DNA of 64,000 bases. Source: the human T2T-CHM13v2.0 reference genome, Homo sapiens. The notes below the pieces were generated by a model. It searched no databases, had not been told where the DNA came from, and saw only the letters and a program-made list of their open reading frames with translations. A program made the position numbers and the translations under genes. The stretch lies in the NCBI RefSeq assembly GCF_009914755.1, contig NC_060935.1; one strand, given 5' to 3'. This document shows, piece after piece, positions 43,415-57,724 of the stretch; positions within the stretch are counted from its first letter, which is position 1, and every line of letters starts with the position of its first letter.

Positions 43415-43922
43415 TTGTTTATTTTTTAATTTTTCAACTTTTATTACAGGTTCAGGGGGTGCATGTGCAGGTATATTACAAAGATACATTGTGTGATGCT
43501 GAGGTTTGGAGTATGAATGAATCTATCACCCAGGTAATGAGTACAGTACCCAATAGGTAGTTTTTCAGTCCTGCCCCATTACTTGCTCCCTTCTCTTTTG
43601 TTCCCCAGTATCTGTTGTTCTCTATGTCCATGTATACTTAATATGTAGCTCCCACTTCAGAGAGTACATGTGGTATTTGGTTTTCTGTTTGTGTGAGTTT
43701 GCTTAGAATAATGGCCTCCAGCTGCATCCATGTTGCTTCAAAGAACACGATTCTCTTCCTTTTTGTGACTGCATAGTAGTCCATGGTGTAAATGTATCCA
43801 TATTTTCTTTATTGAATCCAGAGTTGATGGGCACCTGGGTTGATTCCATATCTGCTATTGTGAATGGTGCTGTGATGAGCATATGGGAGCATGTGTCCTT
43901 TTGTTAGAATGACTTATTTTCC
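43415..43922 (-). mobile_element. Older primate L1 3' end (L1PA15/16 or L1PB type)
   Basis: ttcagggggtgcatgtgcagg, gatgctgaggtttgg and ataatggcctccagctgcatcc. Confidence 0.8.
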
Positions 43923-44255
43923 TTAAAAATATAATTTCCTGTCATTTCTTTTGATATCTTGGTTTCGGATTATGGAGAGATTTTCCCCACTTAAACCCAC
44001 TGTTTCTCCTTTGAGAAGAAAGAAAATTTTAAGTAAGGTCATATTACCTTTACAGAAACATACTATTAGGAACAAGTGCAGCCCAAAATGTTTTTGTGCA
44101 TAGGGAGACATTTCACATGTCCCTCTGTGTTCAGAAGAGAGTAGGTTCTTTCCGTACTCCTAAATCTTCCTCTTTATGGCCGCTAGCCTGCATAATTCAT
44201 GAAGGCAGGGAATGTATCTATCATGTTTACTAGCACAGTGCCTCACACAAAGTAG

Positions 44256-44549
<294 letters not shown>

Positions 44550-44566
44550 ACAAAGTAGAATCTTTA

Positions 44567-44608
44567 TACACACACACACACACACACGCACGCACATGCA
44601 CACACACA
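44567..44608. repeat. Imperfect (CA)n microsatellite
   Basis: Direct inspection. Confidence 0.9.
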
Positions 44609-46789
44609 GTAAATTACATCTGTTCTTTATTTAGGAAAAGAATGCATGAGCACAGTGAGACTGCCTTAAAAGTAATTTTTGCAGGAGATATTATGCTATA
44701 AAAACAGTTGTAATAACAGAGTATCACATTTCTTAATTACCTTCAGTTTACCTGACTTTGTAATCCATGTAGATATTGGTAGTCTGTGACTTGCACCAGG
44801 TGAATTATAGTGAGGATAGGAGCCAGTATGTGAAGGACTGTTCCTCATTTTGACGTGAAAGCCAAGGAAAAAGTCAGATCACATTCTTGCACATTAGACT
44901 CCCAGGGGCTGTAGTTGTCACACAGCTGAATAATAGAATATGAACTTCCTATTTCTTACCTGCTAATTAGTAAAATTAGATAAGGGACATCCATCCCCTC
45001 TGGAGGACCAATGTCCTGTGATAAATAGTGATTTCTTGAGCAACTCCATACTATGCTCTGCAGATAGAATGAAGAAATACATTTTGGAACACTGACAAAA
45101 TTCTTTTGTGATGTACAGTTCCCTAATTTTCCATTTCACTAAGTACTTCCTTATTCAGTGAATGCCAACACAACACCGTTATAGCATAATACTCGCATAG
45201 CAAAGTTGTGACTCCCTGGTGTTTTGATTGGGAAGGCTTAAGTCAGAGTATCTGAGCCTCTTAGAGGATGATCACCAATTTTCACAGAGATATGAGTCAC
45301 ATTTTTCCTTTCCTGGCAAAGCTTCTTTCAGAGGTAGAACACAGTTAAAGAACACAAAGAAAGAACTGGGCTAAATGATTAGCAAATATAATCAATGTAA
45401 TACACACACACACACAATCACAAATTTTTTTCCAGGTGGTGTTTTTTTTCTGTTTTAGACACCTCCAGAAATCAAGCATCCAATACAACAACAAGCAAAT
45501 GCTCCAGGCAGTTACCAGATTAAAGGTAAAACCACTGCTATTTTCAATAGATAAAATTATATCAGAATATACTTTTATTAAATAGAAATTCTAACTTAAA
45601 ATGAAGCAACGTATCTTAAGAATCATCCTACTGGAGAATACCATTTATTTATAGCTCCCTCTAGCTTTCCTACTTAAGGTCTTAAACTGGAAGCTTTTCA
45701 CAGAGGGAAAAGTTTTTACCTGGGTGAGATGATACCAAATCTTGCTCAAAGACTGTACTGTTTTATGTCTCCATGTTCTCTGAGCCTGTCACTTTAACCA
45801 TGATACTCAAATCTAATTGGAATTTGAAAACCTGCTGTGAGTTCCTTCGTGATTTTTTTTTCTCTTAAACAGTTATGAAAGAAAGGTGTTGGGATTCTGT
45901 CTTCAGATATGTAACATTTTATGGATTTTTTTTTCCAGGTAGCAGTCCTTTGAATTTTCTTTTTCATACAATGCAACTTGTCTTTTAGTATCCACTGGAC
46001 AGTGGGGTTTGCCAGTTTCCACAGTAAATTATGATTCCTTGAAGCTTTGAATGCTGTTTTCCACATTGGAAAATGGGGGTATATAAAAAGGCTTGAGATT
46101 TTTAGAGCTCTTAGAGATATTTCTGTACCATGGACCATTTTGTGGAACCTCTGGAAAGGTTACTTGAGGGGTTAATATTGAGGATGATGACAACTTCTCC
46201 TCAACTCAACAGAAAAGCATTAGTAATACTAGAAGGACATTCTCTTGGCTCCAAGAATTTAATGTTCAAACTGGAAATTACTAGAAGTCATATAATTTAA
46301 TAGAAGAAGATACTGAATCTCAGAGAAGTAAAATGACTTCTCAAAGCTCCACTAGTTAGAAAGTGCAGCCAAGACTGAAACCCAGGCATGCTGACCAATT
46401 AAATGTGTTTTTCAGATAATTGCCATAGATAGCAGGATATGGACTCATCCTTTCATCAAATTGATGAGATTATTTATTGTGCTTAATTTGTAATCTCTCC
46501 ATGAGCTTTGATTGGTCAACTTTAAGGTAATTCTTTGATATTGATTAGTTAGCAGCTAGATTAAAATGTCCAGAAAAGTACCAGTGAGAACTAGGAGGTA
46601 AAAAACCCAGAAAAGTCAGAGGCCCTCTTGTCAAGGTCAGTTACAGATGAGGAGATGACAAGGTTCATAGGGCCTACACCTAGATGTTGAATGCTGCATT
46701 TTGAGTTTTTTTTTTCATTCTATTATATGTTAACAAATTTCTCTCCGATATGGCTGTACCAAGATTCACTCTCACAAACCAATCCTTAT

Positions 46790-47000
46790 GTGATCATTAC
46801 ATGTCAGACATTGCACTAATTATTTTATGCACATTAGCTCATTTGTTTTCACAATCATCTTACACATTGAAGTGCTGGTATGGTTATCCTTGCTTTAAAG
46901 ATAAAAAGTTGGAGGCACAGAGAGATCAAGTAACATGTCCGAGGTCCTCCAGCTAGAAAGTGGCAAAGCCAGGGTTTCAACTCAGTCTGATTCTCACATG
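46790..47000 (-). mobile_element. MIR
   Basis: gaggcacagagagatcaagtaac...agtggcaaagccagggtttcaa. Confidence 0.75.
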
Positions 47001-48145
47001 CACACACTTCATTTACTTCTCAGTACCAGCTACTTCACATCCTCCCCAACATTATTATGACAAGAATTTAAAATTTTTGTGAATATGATGTTTGTTAAAT
47101 TGTATGTCTTTAAATTTTGCACTATGCTGGTTAATAATGAGGCTGAGTTTTTTTGTTTTTTTTTTTTTTCTGTGTTTTGGCTTCTTATATTTTTGTACTT
47201 GTGAGAGTTTTTTTCTATGTATCCTAAATATTCATTTCTTCTTGGTAGTGGGCATTGTAAATAATTTCTACTCAAATGTGGCTTGTTTAATAAACTTGTT
47301 TATAGTGATTTTTGTTTTATATAAGTTTCATGTAGTTGAACTTGTCCATTTTTTTTTCCCTGAGTGTTTTGTGCTTTTTGGTCTTATTTAAGTGATTTTT
47401 CCCTGTTTCAAGGTTTTGAAGATATTCACTCACCTCTTTTTATGAAAAGTTTTAACCTTTTGGCTTTCACACTTAGGAATTTAATACATATGGGATTAAA
47501 TTGTATTTATGTTGTGAGGTTAAGAATCCAGTTTTTAATTTATGTATAACCAATTATTACAGCAGGATTTATAAAATAAATGATCATTTCCATGCTGATT
47601 TGTAACGCTACTTATATACATATCAGTTCTCCTGCCTATCCTTAGATCAATGATACATTGTCCTCTTATACCTTTATATTAACTCTTGATATCTGTCGGA
47701 GTGAGTTCCAACCATGTAGCTCTTTAAAATTGTCTTGGTTATTCTTGCCCATTTGGTTTTCCATTTAAATCTCTGAAACTGTTTATAATTTCCAATAAAA
47801 CCTGCTGATATTTTGATTGGAATTATATTGAACATGTAGAATAATTTGCAGAAGATTGACATTTTTATGTTACTGCAACTTCCAGATTCCTGTTTTATCT
47901 CTCCATTTATCTAGGTCTTTTAAAAAGTATTCCCAAAGAATAGTCTACATTTCTACATGAAAGTCTAATACACCTTTTATTAGTATTATTTTTGTTTGCC
48001 TCATATTTCTATTTATACTGTCATTCTATCTTTATAAAATTATATTTTATAATTACATATGATATGTAAGAATTTAGTTGAGTTTTATAAATTCATATTA
48101 TTGCCTAGTATTTTTGCTAAGCTCTTAATACTCTAATAAGTCTTG

Positions 48146-48446
48146 GGCCTGGGAGTGGTGGCTCATGCCTGTAATTCTAGCACTATGGGAGGCTGAGGAG
48201 AGTGGATAACTTGAGGTCAGGAGTTCAAGACCAGCCTGGCCAACATGGAGAAACCCCATCTCTACTAAAATAAAATACAAAAATTAGCTGGGCTTGATGG
48301 TGCACACCTGTAATTCCAGCTACTTGGGAGGCTGAGGCAAGAGAATCACTTGAACCTGGGGGGGTGGAGGTTGCAGTGAGCCGAGATTGTGCCACTGCAC
48401 TCCAGCCTATCTGACAGAGCGAGACCCTGACTCAAAAAAAAGATAA
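48146..48446 (+). mobile_element. AluS (Sz/Sx-like)
   Basis: Full dimer with a TSD-like act(c/a)taataagt. Confidence 0.92.
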
Positions 48447-49560
48447 AACTATAATAAGTTTTTATAGAGTCTCATGAATTGTGAATAATAGCAATTTAAT
48501 TTTTGCTTTTTAATTTTTTTTTTTGAGACAGGGTCTCACAGTGTTGCCCAGGCCGACCTCAAACTCAGCCTAGGCAACATAGTGAGGCCCTCCCCTTTTT
48601 TTTTTTTTTGGTTCCTTGCTTATAATAAACTTTAACATGTACAGGATTTATTATCATTGCTTCACCTTGGACATAAAAATTAAGTCAATAGGAACTCGTA
48701 TAATTTTATTTGCTGTAAGTAAATAATAATCTGCTGTGTTTCAGAAAATGTGTGTATGCATTCAGTATATTAATATATTGAGATATAAAAACTTAACAAC
48801 ATGTTATCAGATCAACAAAATTCCCTTTTAGTCCTAGTTTGTTGAGAATTTTTGTCAAGAATAGTATTGAATTTCCATAAATGCTTTTCTGAGTCTATTG
48901 AGATGATCATAGGTTCTCCAGAATTTAATACCAGAATTTTAGTTTCACTTGCTTGTATACTGTCAACATTAGTCTTAAAATAATTATATTGTATTTTTGA
49001 GGTTTGGATTTTTGAAAAAAACTGTTCCTTAGCTCATCATTCTAGTTTGTACCTCAAATTTTACTTATAGATTCAATATCCTGTTTCTCTAATTATATCT
49101 TTTGGAGGGTTACTCAGAAACAACTGTTAGTATCACTCTTTCTTAGCTTTGGTTGATTTTAAAATGTATTTATTTCTACTCATTTAAAAATATGTTATAG
49201 TTTTTCTGCTTTTAAATCAGATTGATAATTACTTTCTCTTTAACACTTTAAAAATATTCCATGATCTTTTGGCTTCTAATATTGCCATTTAGAAAGAAGA
49301 ATACTATCTCAATTTATTACTCTTTTTTGGAAGTCTGGTTGTTTTTATAAATTTTATGTCAGTGGTGGTGTGCAATGTCAGTCGATGGGTCTAGATATAG
49401 ATTAGTTCTGTTTTTTCTGGTTGTCATTTTTTGTGCTTCATGAATCTGAGTTCATCAACACCAGAAAACTTGCAATTATTTTTACAAGAAGTGCTGCTCC
49501 CAAATTTTCTCTGCTCCATCCTTCTGAAATTATCTTTATTCAAATACTAAGACTTTTATT

Positions 49561-49644
49561 TCTTGAACTCCTGACCTCAAGGAATCCAACTGCCTTAGCT
49601 TCCCAAAGTGCCGGGATTACAGGCATGATCCACTGCACCCGGCC
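49561..49644 (-). mobile_element. 3'-truncated, tailless Alu (first ~84 nt)
   Basis: 17-bp TSD cta(a/g)gacttttatttct, no polyA. Confidence 0.85.
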
Positions 49645-51565
49645 CTAGGACTTTTATTTCTGTTAACTGTGTCAGTCTAAACCTCTGGCATATTTTCCTC
49701 CTCTTTGTGTTTCTGTTTTTCCTCTGTTTAGGTATTTTGTCATACATTTTCTATATCACCATTTAGTTATTTTTAAAATATGTCAATTCTTTTTCCATTA
49801 AGACCTTATTTTATATCTTCAATCAATAAGCATGCTTGTTTTATATCTGTATCCAGTGATTCCATTATCTGAAGTACATAAGAGTATCTATACCTGGTCT
49901 ATGTGGGGTCAGTTGTCATTTGTTCATTTAATTTATAATTTATTTTATTTTCAACTAGTCCAAAGAGGCTTTATTCATGTGAATCCTGTAGGTCAGACTT
50001 GAGTCTTATTCTTCAGAGAAGGTTTACACTGGGTTCTGCTGGATTCTCTTATTATCAATTCTTTCATTCCATTGACTAAAATGTTTATACTGAGAACCTG
50101 TTATGTACAAGGCACTTTTCCAGTTGATTGAGATATATAAGCAAATATAAAAGACAAAATTCCTGCCCTCCTTGAGCTCACAATCTAGTGGGGTGGAGGG
50201 TATTAGGTAAGTTCTAGTGAGGGTGGATAATAAGTAAGTTTTTTTTTTTTTTATTTAGAAGGTGATAAGTCTTTTGGACAACAGCAAAAAGTGAATGAGG
50301 ATTAGGAGATTAGAAGGAGTGGATAGGTTGCAATTTTAAATTGAGTGGTGAGAGAAGACTTCATTGAGAAGCTGACATTTTAGCAAAGGTTTTATTGGGC
50401 AAGGAAATTTTCAGTACACATATACAGAAAAGAAATTCAAGACAGAGAAGAGAATGAGAAGAGAGAGAAGAGAACAAATATGGCTGGTATTTTCGAGCAA
50501 TAGGCAAGAAGACAGCATGGATGCTGTCTAAGTGAGGAAAAATAAAGATAAATTACTAAGTGAGGAAAGATAAAGTCAGAGAAGTAACAAGTTTCTTTTG
50601 ATTAATTTATTGGTTTGGGGATTCCTAGATCCCATAGGTAATATAAATGCATATGTTAAAATTGGGTAAGAACAGGCCTACAATTTTAATTCTCAAGAGA
50701 GGCCTATATATGCTTTTTATGACCAACTGCACTGTTTAAACAGACAGGCTTCTCATACCTCAACTATTGGTGGTGGATGAATTTTCTTTTCCACCTTTTC
50801 ATGAAGTTATAACGCTTCAAGGGTTGAGAAACTTTTCAGGCATATCAGTTCCAACTCCCCACATTGCTCAAAACCAAGGCCGATTTTTCTGTCCCTAAGT
50901 GGCCATTGAAACCTAAAAATCTTTGGTTTCTGAGGCTGAGAGACTCGATAACCCCAGTGTTATTTCACACTTCCCACTCTTTCAGTTTCTTCTTTGTTTC
51001 CGATCCCTGAGGACTTCTCTTACTTTCTTGACAACTGAAACGTGCATTTAAAATACTGCCTGTAATAGTTTATTTAACATTTTCCAGGTGCCTTTTAGGC
51101 AGTTCAGTTTTCACATTTTTGAAAACAGAAGTCCAAAACACTTTCTATATACAGGTGGGGAGACAGAGGTAAAGGATATATTTTTCCTGCCTGAAGGAAC
51201 TCACATATTAGAAGTAGATATAGAAACACATGATTATGTTTAAGTATAATCACCACTCTGATAAAAGCTAGTAAAAACTGCCATGAAAACAGAATGTAGA
51301 TAGGTATTCATTTGAGTGCGCTGAAATGGAGAAGGCATCACTAATGATGCAATAGATGATGTGAGCCTGGAAGAATTGATAGTAGGCTGCCATGTGGAGG
51401 GAGAAAGCTTTTGTGTTCAAAGGCTTAGAGGAGAGTAATGAGGCTTGTGGGGCCAAACGGTGGTGCCTTGGGAAAGATGGAGGTGTGGGAATATTATGTA
51501 CTTAAGGAGGTAAAAAGATGATTAAGAGGATGAACTTAAAGGAAATTTTCTTATTTAAAATTTTA

Positions 51566-51870
<305 letters not shown>

Positions 51871-52089
51871 TTTTTATCTCAAGCCCTCCGTGAGTGCCAG
51901 GTACAAAGTTAGGGTTTAAAGGAAGCCAGTGTTCTTTATAGAGTGAGGTTTGTACACATGGGCCAGTACCTATGAGATTTTCCCACAACAATCAATTTAA
52001 ACTATTACTGAAAAAGACTTCCTGAGCTCCCCTACCAGAGTTTTAAGACTTGTTTTCTATAAAAGTCCTGTTGATAAACAAATTCTCTC

Positions 52090-52200
52090 TAGGATGACCA
52101 TCTTAATTTGCCCAGGACTAAGGGAGGGCCCAGAACACAGAACTTTGAGTTTTAAAACTGGTGGATGTCCTGGACAAACAGGGAAGAGATGGGCACTTTA
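52090..52200. mobile_element. MER81-like hAT-Blackjack MITE
   Basis: taggatgacca...tttgcccaggact...gtcctggacaaac...tgggcacttta, a palindromic structure. Confidence 0.6.
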
Positions 52201-53474
52201 GATATCCCCCTAGAATTTAAACCTCTACAAGAGCAGAAGAATGTTTAAAATGTTACTTGGCTTGTGGTAGATGATTAGCAAATATTTAATGAAAGAATTA
52301 TACATGAATGAATATTTTTGCCATACAAGAAGGTATCCAGCTACCTCAACACATCCAGTTGACATTTAATAGGCATATCCAATTTTACATATCCAAAGTT
52401 GACTGTGAGAGGCCCCATCAAACCTTCACCAAAGGGAAAAATAGACACGTTTTCAGCTCTGGTGTCTGGAACAGTACTTAGGCCATTGTTTCTAGTGGAA
52501 CAGGGTCAATGTAATGGAAACGAAAGACAAATAGGACCTTCACACTCAGAGAAAGTTATGATGAGCAACACTGGAGCAAAATTCCCCGTAGACTAGGCAC
52601 ATTATTTAGAGAATAGGCTATCCCTCTTAAAGAATTTATGATGAAGGCTCCTGCTAGTTTCCTGGTGACCAAAATGAGGCATACATCCACATCTTCTGGT
52701 TTTTCTATTTTTTGGAAAATTTTATGGCTAATGAAAATAGAAACTATTGCAAAATGTATTGTCTTCCTCTGAAATGTAAAGATTTAAGGATTGTTGTGCA
52801 CTTTTCTCTTTCCAGACAACTTGCATTTCTACAGCCTTATATTAAGTGCTTTGGGGATATGAGCATATCTGAGTAGAATAGAGTGAAGCAGAGATGGAGG
52901 GGATCTTGCCTATGCATAGTGTACATTTCCTGGGCTGTTTAGAAGAGGAGGTGTTATTTGAAGGGAGATGTTTCAAAACAGGGAGTTGGGCTTTTGAAAT
53001 AAGGCATGGTAAACATGAGAGATACACATTTGATCCCACAGTGTATTTCAAAGACATTTTATAAAGGTGCAAAAGAGTCAAGAGAAACATGAAAAAGGGA
53101 AACAGGATTCATTCTGGCCTCCTGTTATGCTGCCTAATGCTGAAGAGACCTCTTTTCCCAGCTCTGCCATTGTTTTCATTTTGGAAGTATTGATATCGAC
53201 ACTAACAGCATTGCCAACTGGGACATTTTCCTGCCTCTTAAAAGAGGGGCCAATTCATTTGAATGGTATTCTTAACTTTGATTTCTATAAATAGGATTCT
53301 GGAATAGTCAAAACAAATATATATTTTTTAATATTAAGTGGGAAATGTAGCATGGTTATTCCAAACTCACCTAACCTGCATTCAGGGATCAATCCGAAAG
53401 TTCCTATTTCTGCATCATAATATTGTTTTTCAGATTGATGCTGAACATTAGGAAAGGAAGATTTATTGGCACAA

Positions 53475-53800
<326 letters not shown>

Positions 53801-56800
53801 TCATTTAAAGAGATCAAACAAATCATTTTCTCATTTTTTCCCAAAACTTCTATTTTTATCATAAAACAAGGGAGATATCCATTTTTTAAAAGAAGTTAGA
53901 AATATATAACACATAAAAATTATAAGTTCTATAGCATGCTACATTCCAGAAATAACCCTATACTTACCCAACAATAAAAAAGAGTTGTGTTGCAAAATCC
54001 CTTGTGAGATAGCAAAGGAAAAGAGATCTAGTCAGAACTAAAATGGAAATAGTGTTTAATCAAATGCAGATAGTGAAGGGATAAATTCAATCTATAAACT
54101 ATAACAGGGTAGCATGACAGACTAGGTTTTAATCCTATCACACAGGAAAAAGGTACATGCTAGGCTGGAAATTACTGCAGTTACCTACACTGATGATTTA
54201 CAGGATGGTTGAGAAAAAAGTAATGAAACCAATTTCTCTCTCACTTGCACTGGAGGTTTTTTCGGGTCTTTGAGTGTAGAGAATGGTAGAAGATTACAGC
54301 AGAGCAATCTAATACTAAAAAACTCCATATAGATATTTAAAAATCTAATAAAAATAATCAGAGCAGGGTAGGGAGAGGAGAAAGAAGCTAAACATTTGGG
54401 AAGTCCTGTTCATAAAACTCTTCTCTATAAGAATTTCTTAAAGCCATCTATATGTTCCGTGTAGCAACATCTGCCCCTCCACCCCTTCATTTAACAGAGT
54501 GTGCAGCATTCAGTTTGAAAAGATAACATGGTTGATGCTTCCTCGCCCCCAGCATTCATCATTATTCTCTCTGTAGGTCTGAGCTGGGAGGATCTTCTTT
54601 TTCTTATTTGGCCGATCTTATGTTTCCTAAAAAGACTTCAGTATATTGGATGAAAATCTCTGTCTTCTCTTTTCTAAGCTTTTTATATTTATCTATGTGA
54701 ATATGTAATATTTTTGTAATATAATATATACGTATTGTATTTATGTTAGTTCTTTTTGAAAATAATTCTCTGCCAGGTAGAAATTAAGGAGTACTGCCTA
54801 TGTAAAATGAGCCTGGGTTGGAAAGAAAACAGGTGGCTGCAGTCAGATAATCATCCTACCGTTTCTGTCTTTATCAACCCCACCCTCAGGTACCTATCTC
54901 TGGCTCCTAATTCTTTCATTGGTCCTCCTTCTGTTGCAGAACACTGAAACCTTACCTGCAGCTTCCTAGTGGTCTCTCTGGTCTGTTCCCCCTGTATATG
55001 ACTGCTTTTCCTAGCATTGATTCCCCTTCTCATTTCTGATACCTATTCCTCTAAAGACCTTGGCTCTGTGCATCTGCCTTGTTACTGCTTTATCTCTCCT
55101 TTCCTGTCCTCCTCCTCCTCACCCTCACTCAATCACGGGAAACCCCTTCCAGTCTGGCATTCTCTTTTCAGTTACGGCAATTGTCTCCTCCCAGTGAGAG
55201 TCTTCTGCAGGCTTTGCCTTTTCTTTGATAAGAGGAGAAGTACAGAATCATAGAGACAACTGTTGTTTGATTGCATCATCCTGTAGATTATTTGTTCAAA
55301 GAGGGTCTTGCCTGCTGATTTATGTAAATTAATCCATAAAGGGAAAACACTGCTTAAACCAAGAGCCCCTGAGTCACTAGAAGGGGTGAAAAATCCATTT
55401 CTTTCTACCAATCCTAAATTTACCAACTTTCCCAATTAGTCTCATATCACACATATCAAAATTTGCTTACGAGAAATTGCCACCAAGTTTGAATATGATT
55501 GGGTAGTTAGAGGAGCATTGATAACCTGCCTGTAGTTCTTTATGTTATAAATTCCACTAAAGTCTAGTTATGATTGAATGTTGGACTCCAAGTGACTCCT
55601 GGCTTGCTTAAGTAACCAAAACCATAACTTACCAGCGCCCCATGCTGTCAGTTAAAGAAGGAAGGCTCTCTTTCAAGATGGTTGTCCCTGGGAAATTGGT
55701 AGCTCCTCTGCTCACCTCACTGGGGACTTTATGTCACCATTTGCTTAGGAAGCTGTTCAAGATCTCTCTAAGTGTTACACAGAGACCCCCCCTTCCCCCC
55801 ACTCCCACTTTCTGCCTCACAGGTTTCTAACGTACAGTGGCCAAGTGAGATCAAAAGAGCAGATGAGGTGTGGTTATTTTGTGGCTTTTTTTTTTATTGT
55901 TTTGCTATTTTCTATGTAGAGGCAAAGACTAAAGAATTTTTACCTCTTACATTTTGATGGTGTATTTCTTTGGATCACACCTGTCTAACCCATCTTGAGA
56001 GACTTTATTAAGGTGTGATTTAGCAATAATAGGAATTGAGGAAATTTGAAACTTAAAATATAATAACTACCTGTCATGACTGGTTAAAAATATGACAGTG
56101 ATGCCACAGTGCAGATACTTCCCAGTAATCAGAACATTTCTTTCTTAACTTCTGCAGTCTAATTTAAGTCAGCCTCCACAGCAGTTGCTTCACCCTATCT
56201 TCCTCATATCAGATCATTCCATCTGAAACTCTGAGACTCTAAAGCAGCCTTAGGCCTCCCAGGTCAAGGCGTGTTGCCATTATAAGATCACTCAAGCACC
56301 ATCCATTACCACTCACTTGCTCACATGCAATTTTAAGGAAGCAGACTTGTAGCTAATTAGAAAAAATAGCTGTTCAATTCATTAAAAACTATCTTATGCT
56401 TAGAGAGAGGAAAATACACTTTAAAAATGTGACATGTGAAAATCTATTTTTCAAACAGAGAAATACTTTGTGAAAGTTGTTATGAATGTTTAAATACAGG
56501 ACTAAATCACCTTTTTTTTCAGAGTAAAATTTTTTTTTTGACAGTTTCTGGTGGTCGGAATCCCCCGTTATGCTAATTTTATTTCAATTGCCCAGTCAAG
56601 GATGAGGAGGGAAAGAGCAGTGCTCTGACTCCAGCCAGGCTTCGGAACTCTGGGCTTGGAATTGAATTGGGTCAGAAATGGCAGCTCACTCTAGGGAGTG
56701 GTACTAAGGGAAGGACTAAATGGGGTATCCAGAGTAGAAGTGAGTAAAATCTAGAGCAAAATAGTTAAGTCAAACAAACAATCAGTCTAAAGGTTGATGG

Positions 56801-57255
56801 AGAAAGGCAAACCCTGGTCAAAAATGTGGTTGAAGACAGTGGGATAGAACAAGTGGGTTTTGGTGAGTAGATGTTGGGCAGAGAGGGGCTGGCTCCACTT
56901 TTAAGGGTATCTGTGGCCACTTGGGAGATGAGGGAGCTCTAAGTGTCTTGGGAGGATTAACCTTTCTTTTATTTTGACTGAAAGCTTGAGATATGTGTAA
57001 GAGTAGAGTATACAATAGGAGGTGAATTCCAGCTTCCAGTCATACCTGGAATGCTCGGTACCATCCCATAACTGCCCTTGACATGGAGAGTCAACGAAAG
57101 CTGGCCAAGAGACTCATAGCCAAGATCAGCATTGGGAAAAATGTACAGTGATGGAAGTTTTCTTAGAGTTATTCTTCCAGTCTCCTCTTTATTCCCAGAC
57201 AGTGTGTCACTTGGTGGGGAGGAGGCATCCATAGGCAACTTCTCATCTTTTAAGC

Positions 57256-57724
57256 TAATGGGTCTCAAAATGTGGTCCCAGGAACTCTGGGGGATTCCTT
57301 AACCCTTTTCAGGAAGTTCACAAGGTGAAAACTACTTCCTAGTAATACTAAAATGCTTTTTGCCTTTTTTTCTTTTCATTTTCTCATGAGTGTACAGTGG
57401 AGTTTCCAGTATTAGATGGTAACAGACTGAATGCAGAAACAGACTGGAGAACCTAGCTGTTTTCTATTAAGCCATTTTTATTTGAAAATATGTAAATTAA
57501 TGTCCTTCTTGTCATTATTGTGTCAGTCTTGTACAGTTAGTTATTTATAAAGATACATTATTTTTGTGAATATATTATGTGTTTATTCTTAGTTTTAAAT
57601 AAATTTTTAAAAATTCAGTTTTAATTTCTGATGTAGTTTACCACGTAAGCAAAAGCTTTGGAGGTCCTCAATAATTTCTATGAGTATAAAGTGGTCCTGA
57701 GTCCAAAAAGCTCAGGAACATTGT
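57256..57724. mobile_element. Charlie4a/MER80-like hAT element
   Basis: tctcaaaatgtggtcc, gagtgtacagtggagttt and tgaatgcagaa. Confidence 0.65.

Larger units (their letters stand above)
47030..51135 (-). mobile_element. Fragmented old L1ME, interleaved with Alus and L2-like sequence (50060-50590)
   Basis: T-rich strand. ORF 47674-47862 resembles ORF2 (FNIIPIKI...KWARITKTIL). Confidence 0.65.
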
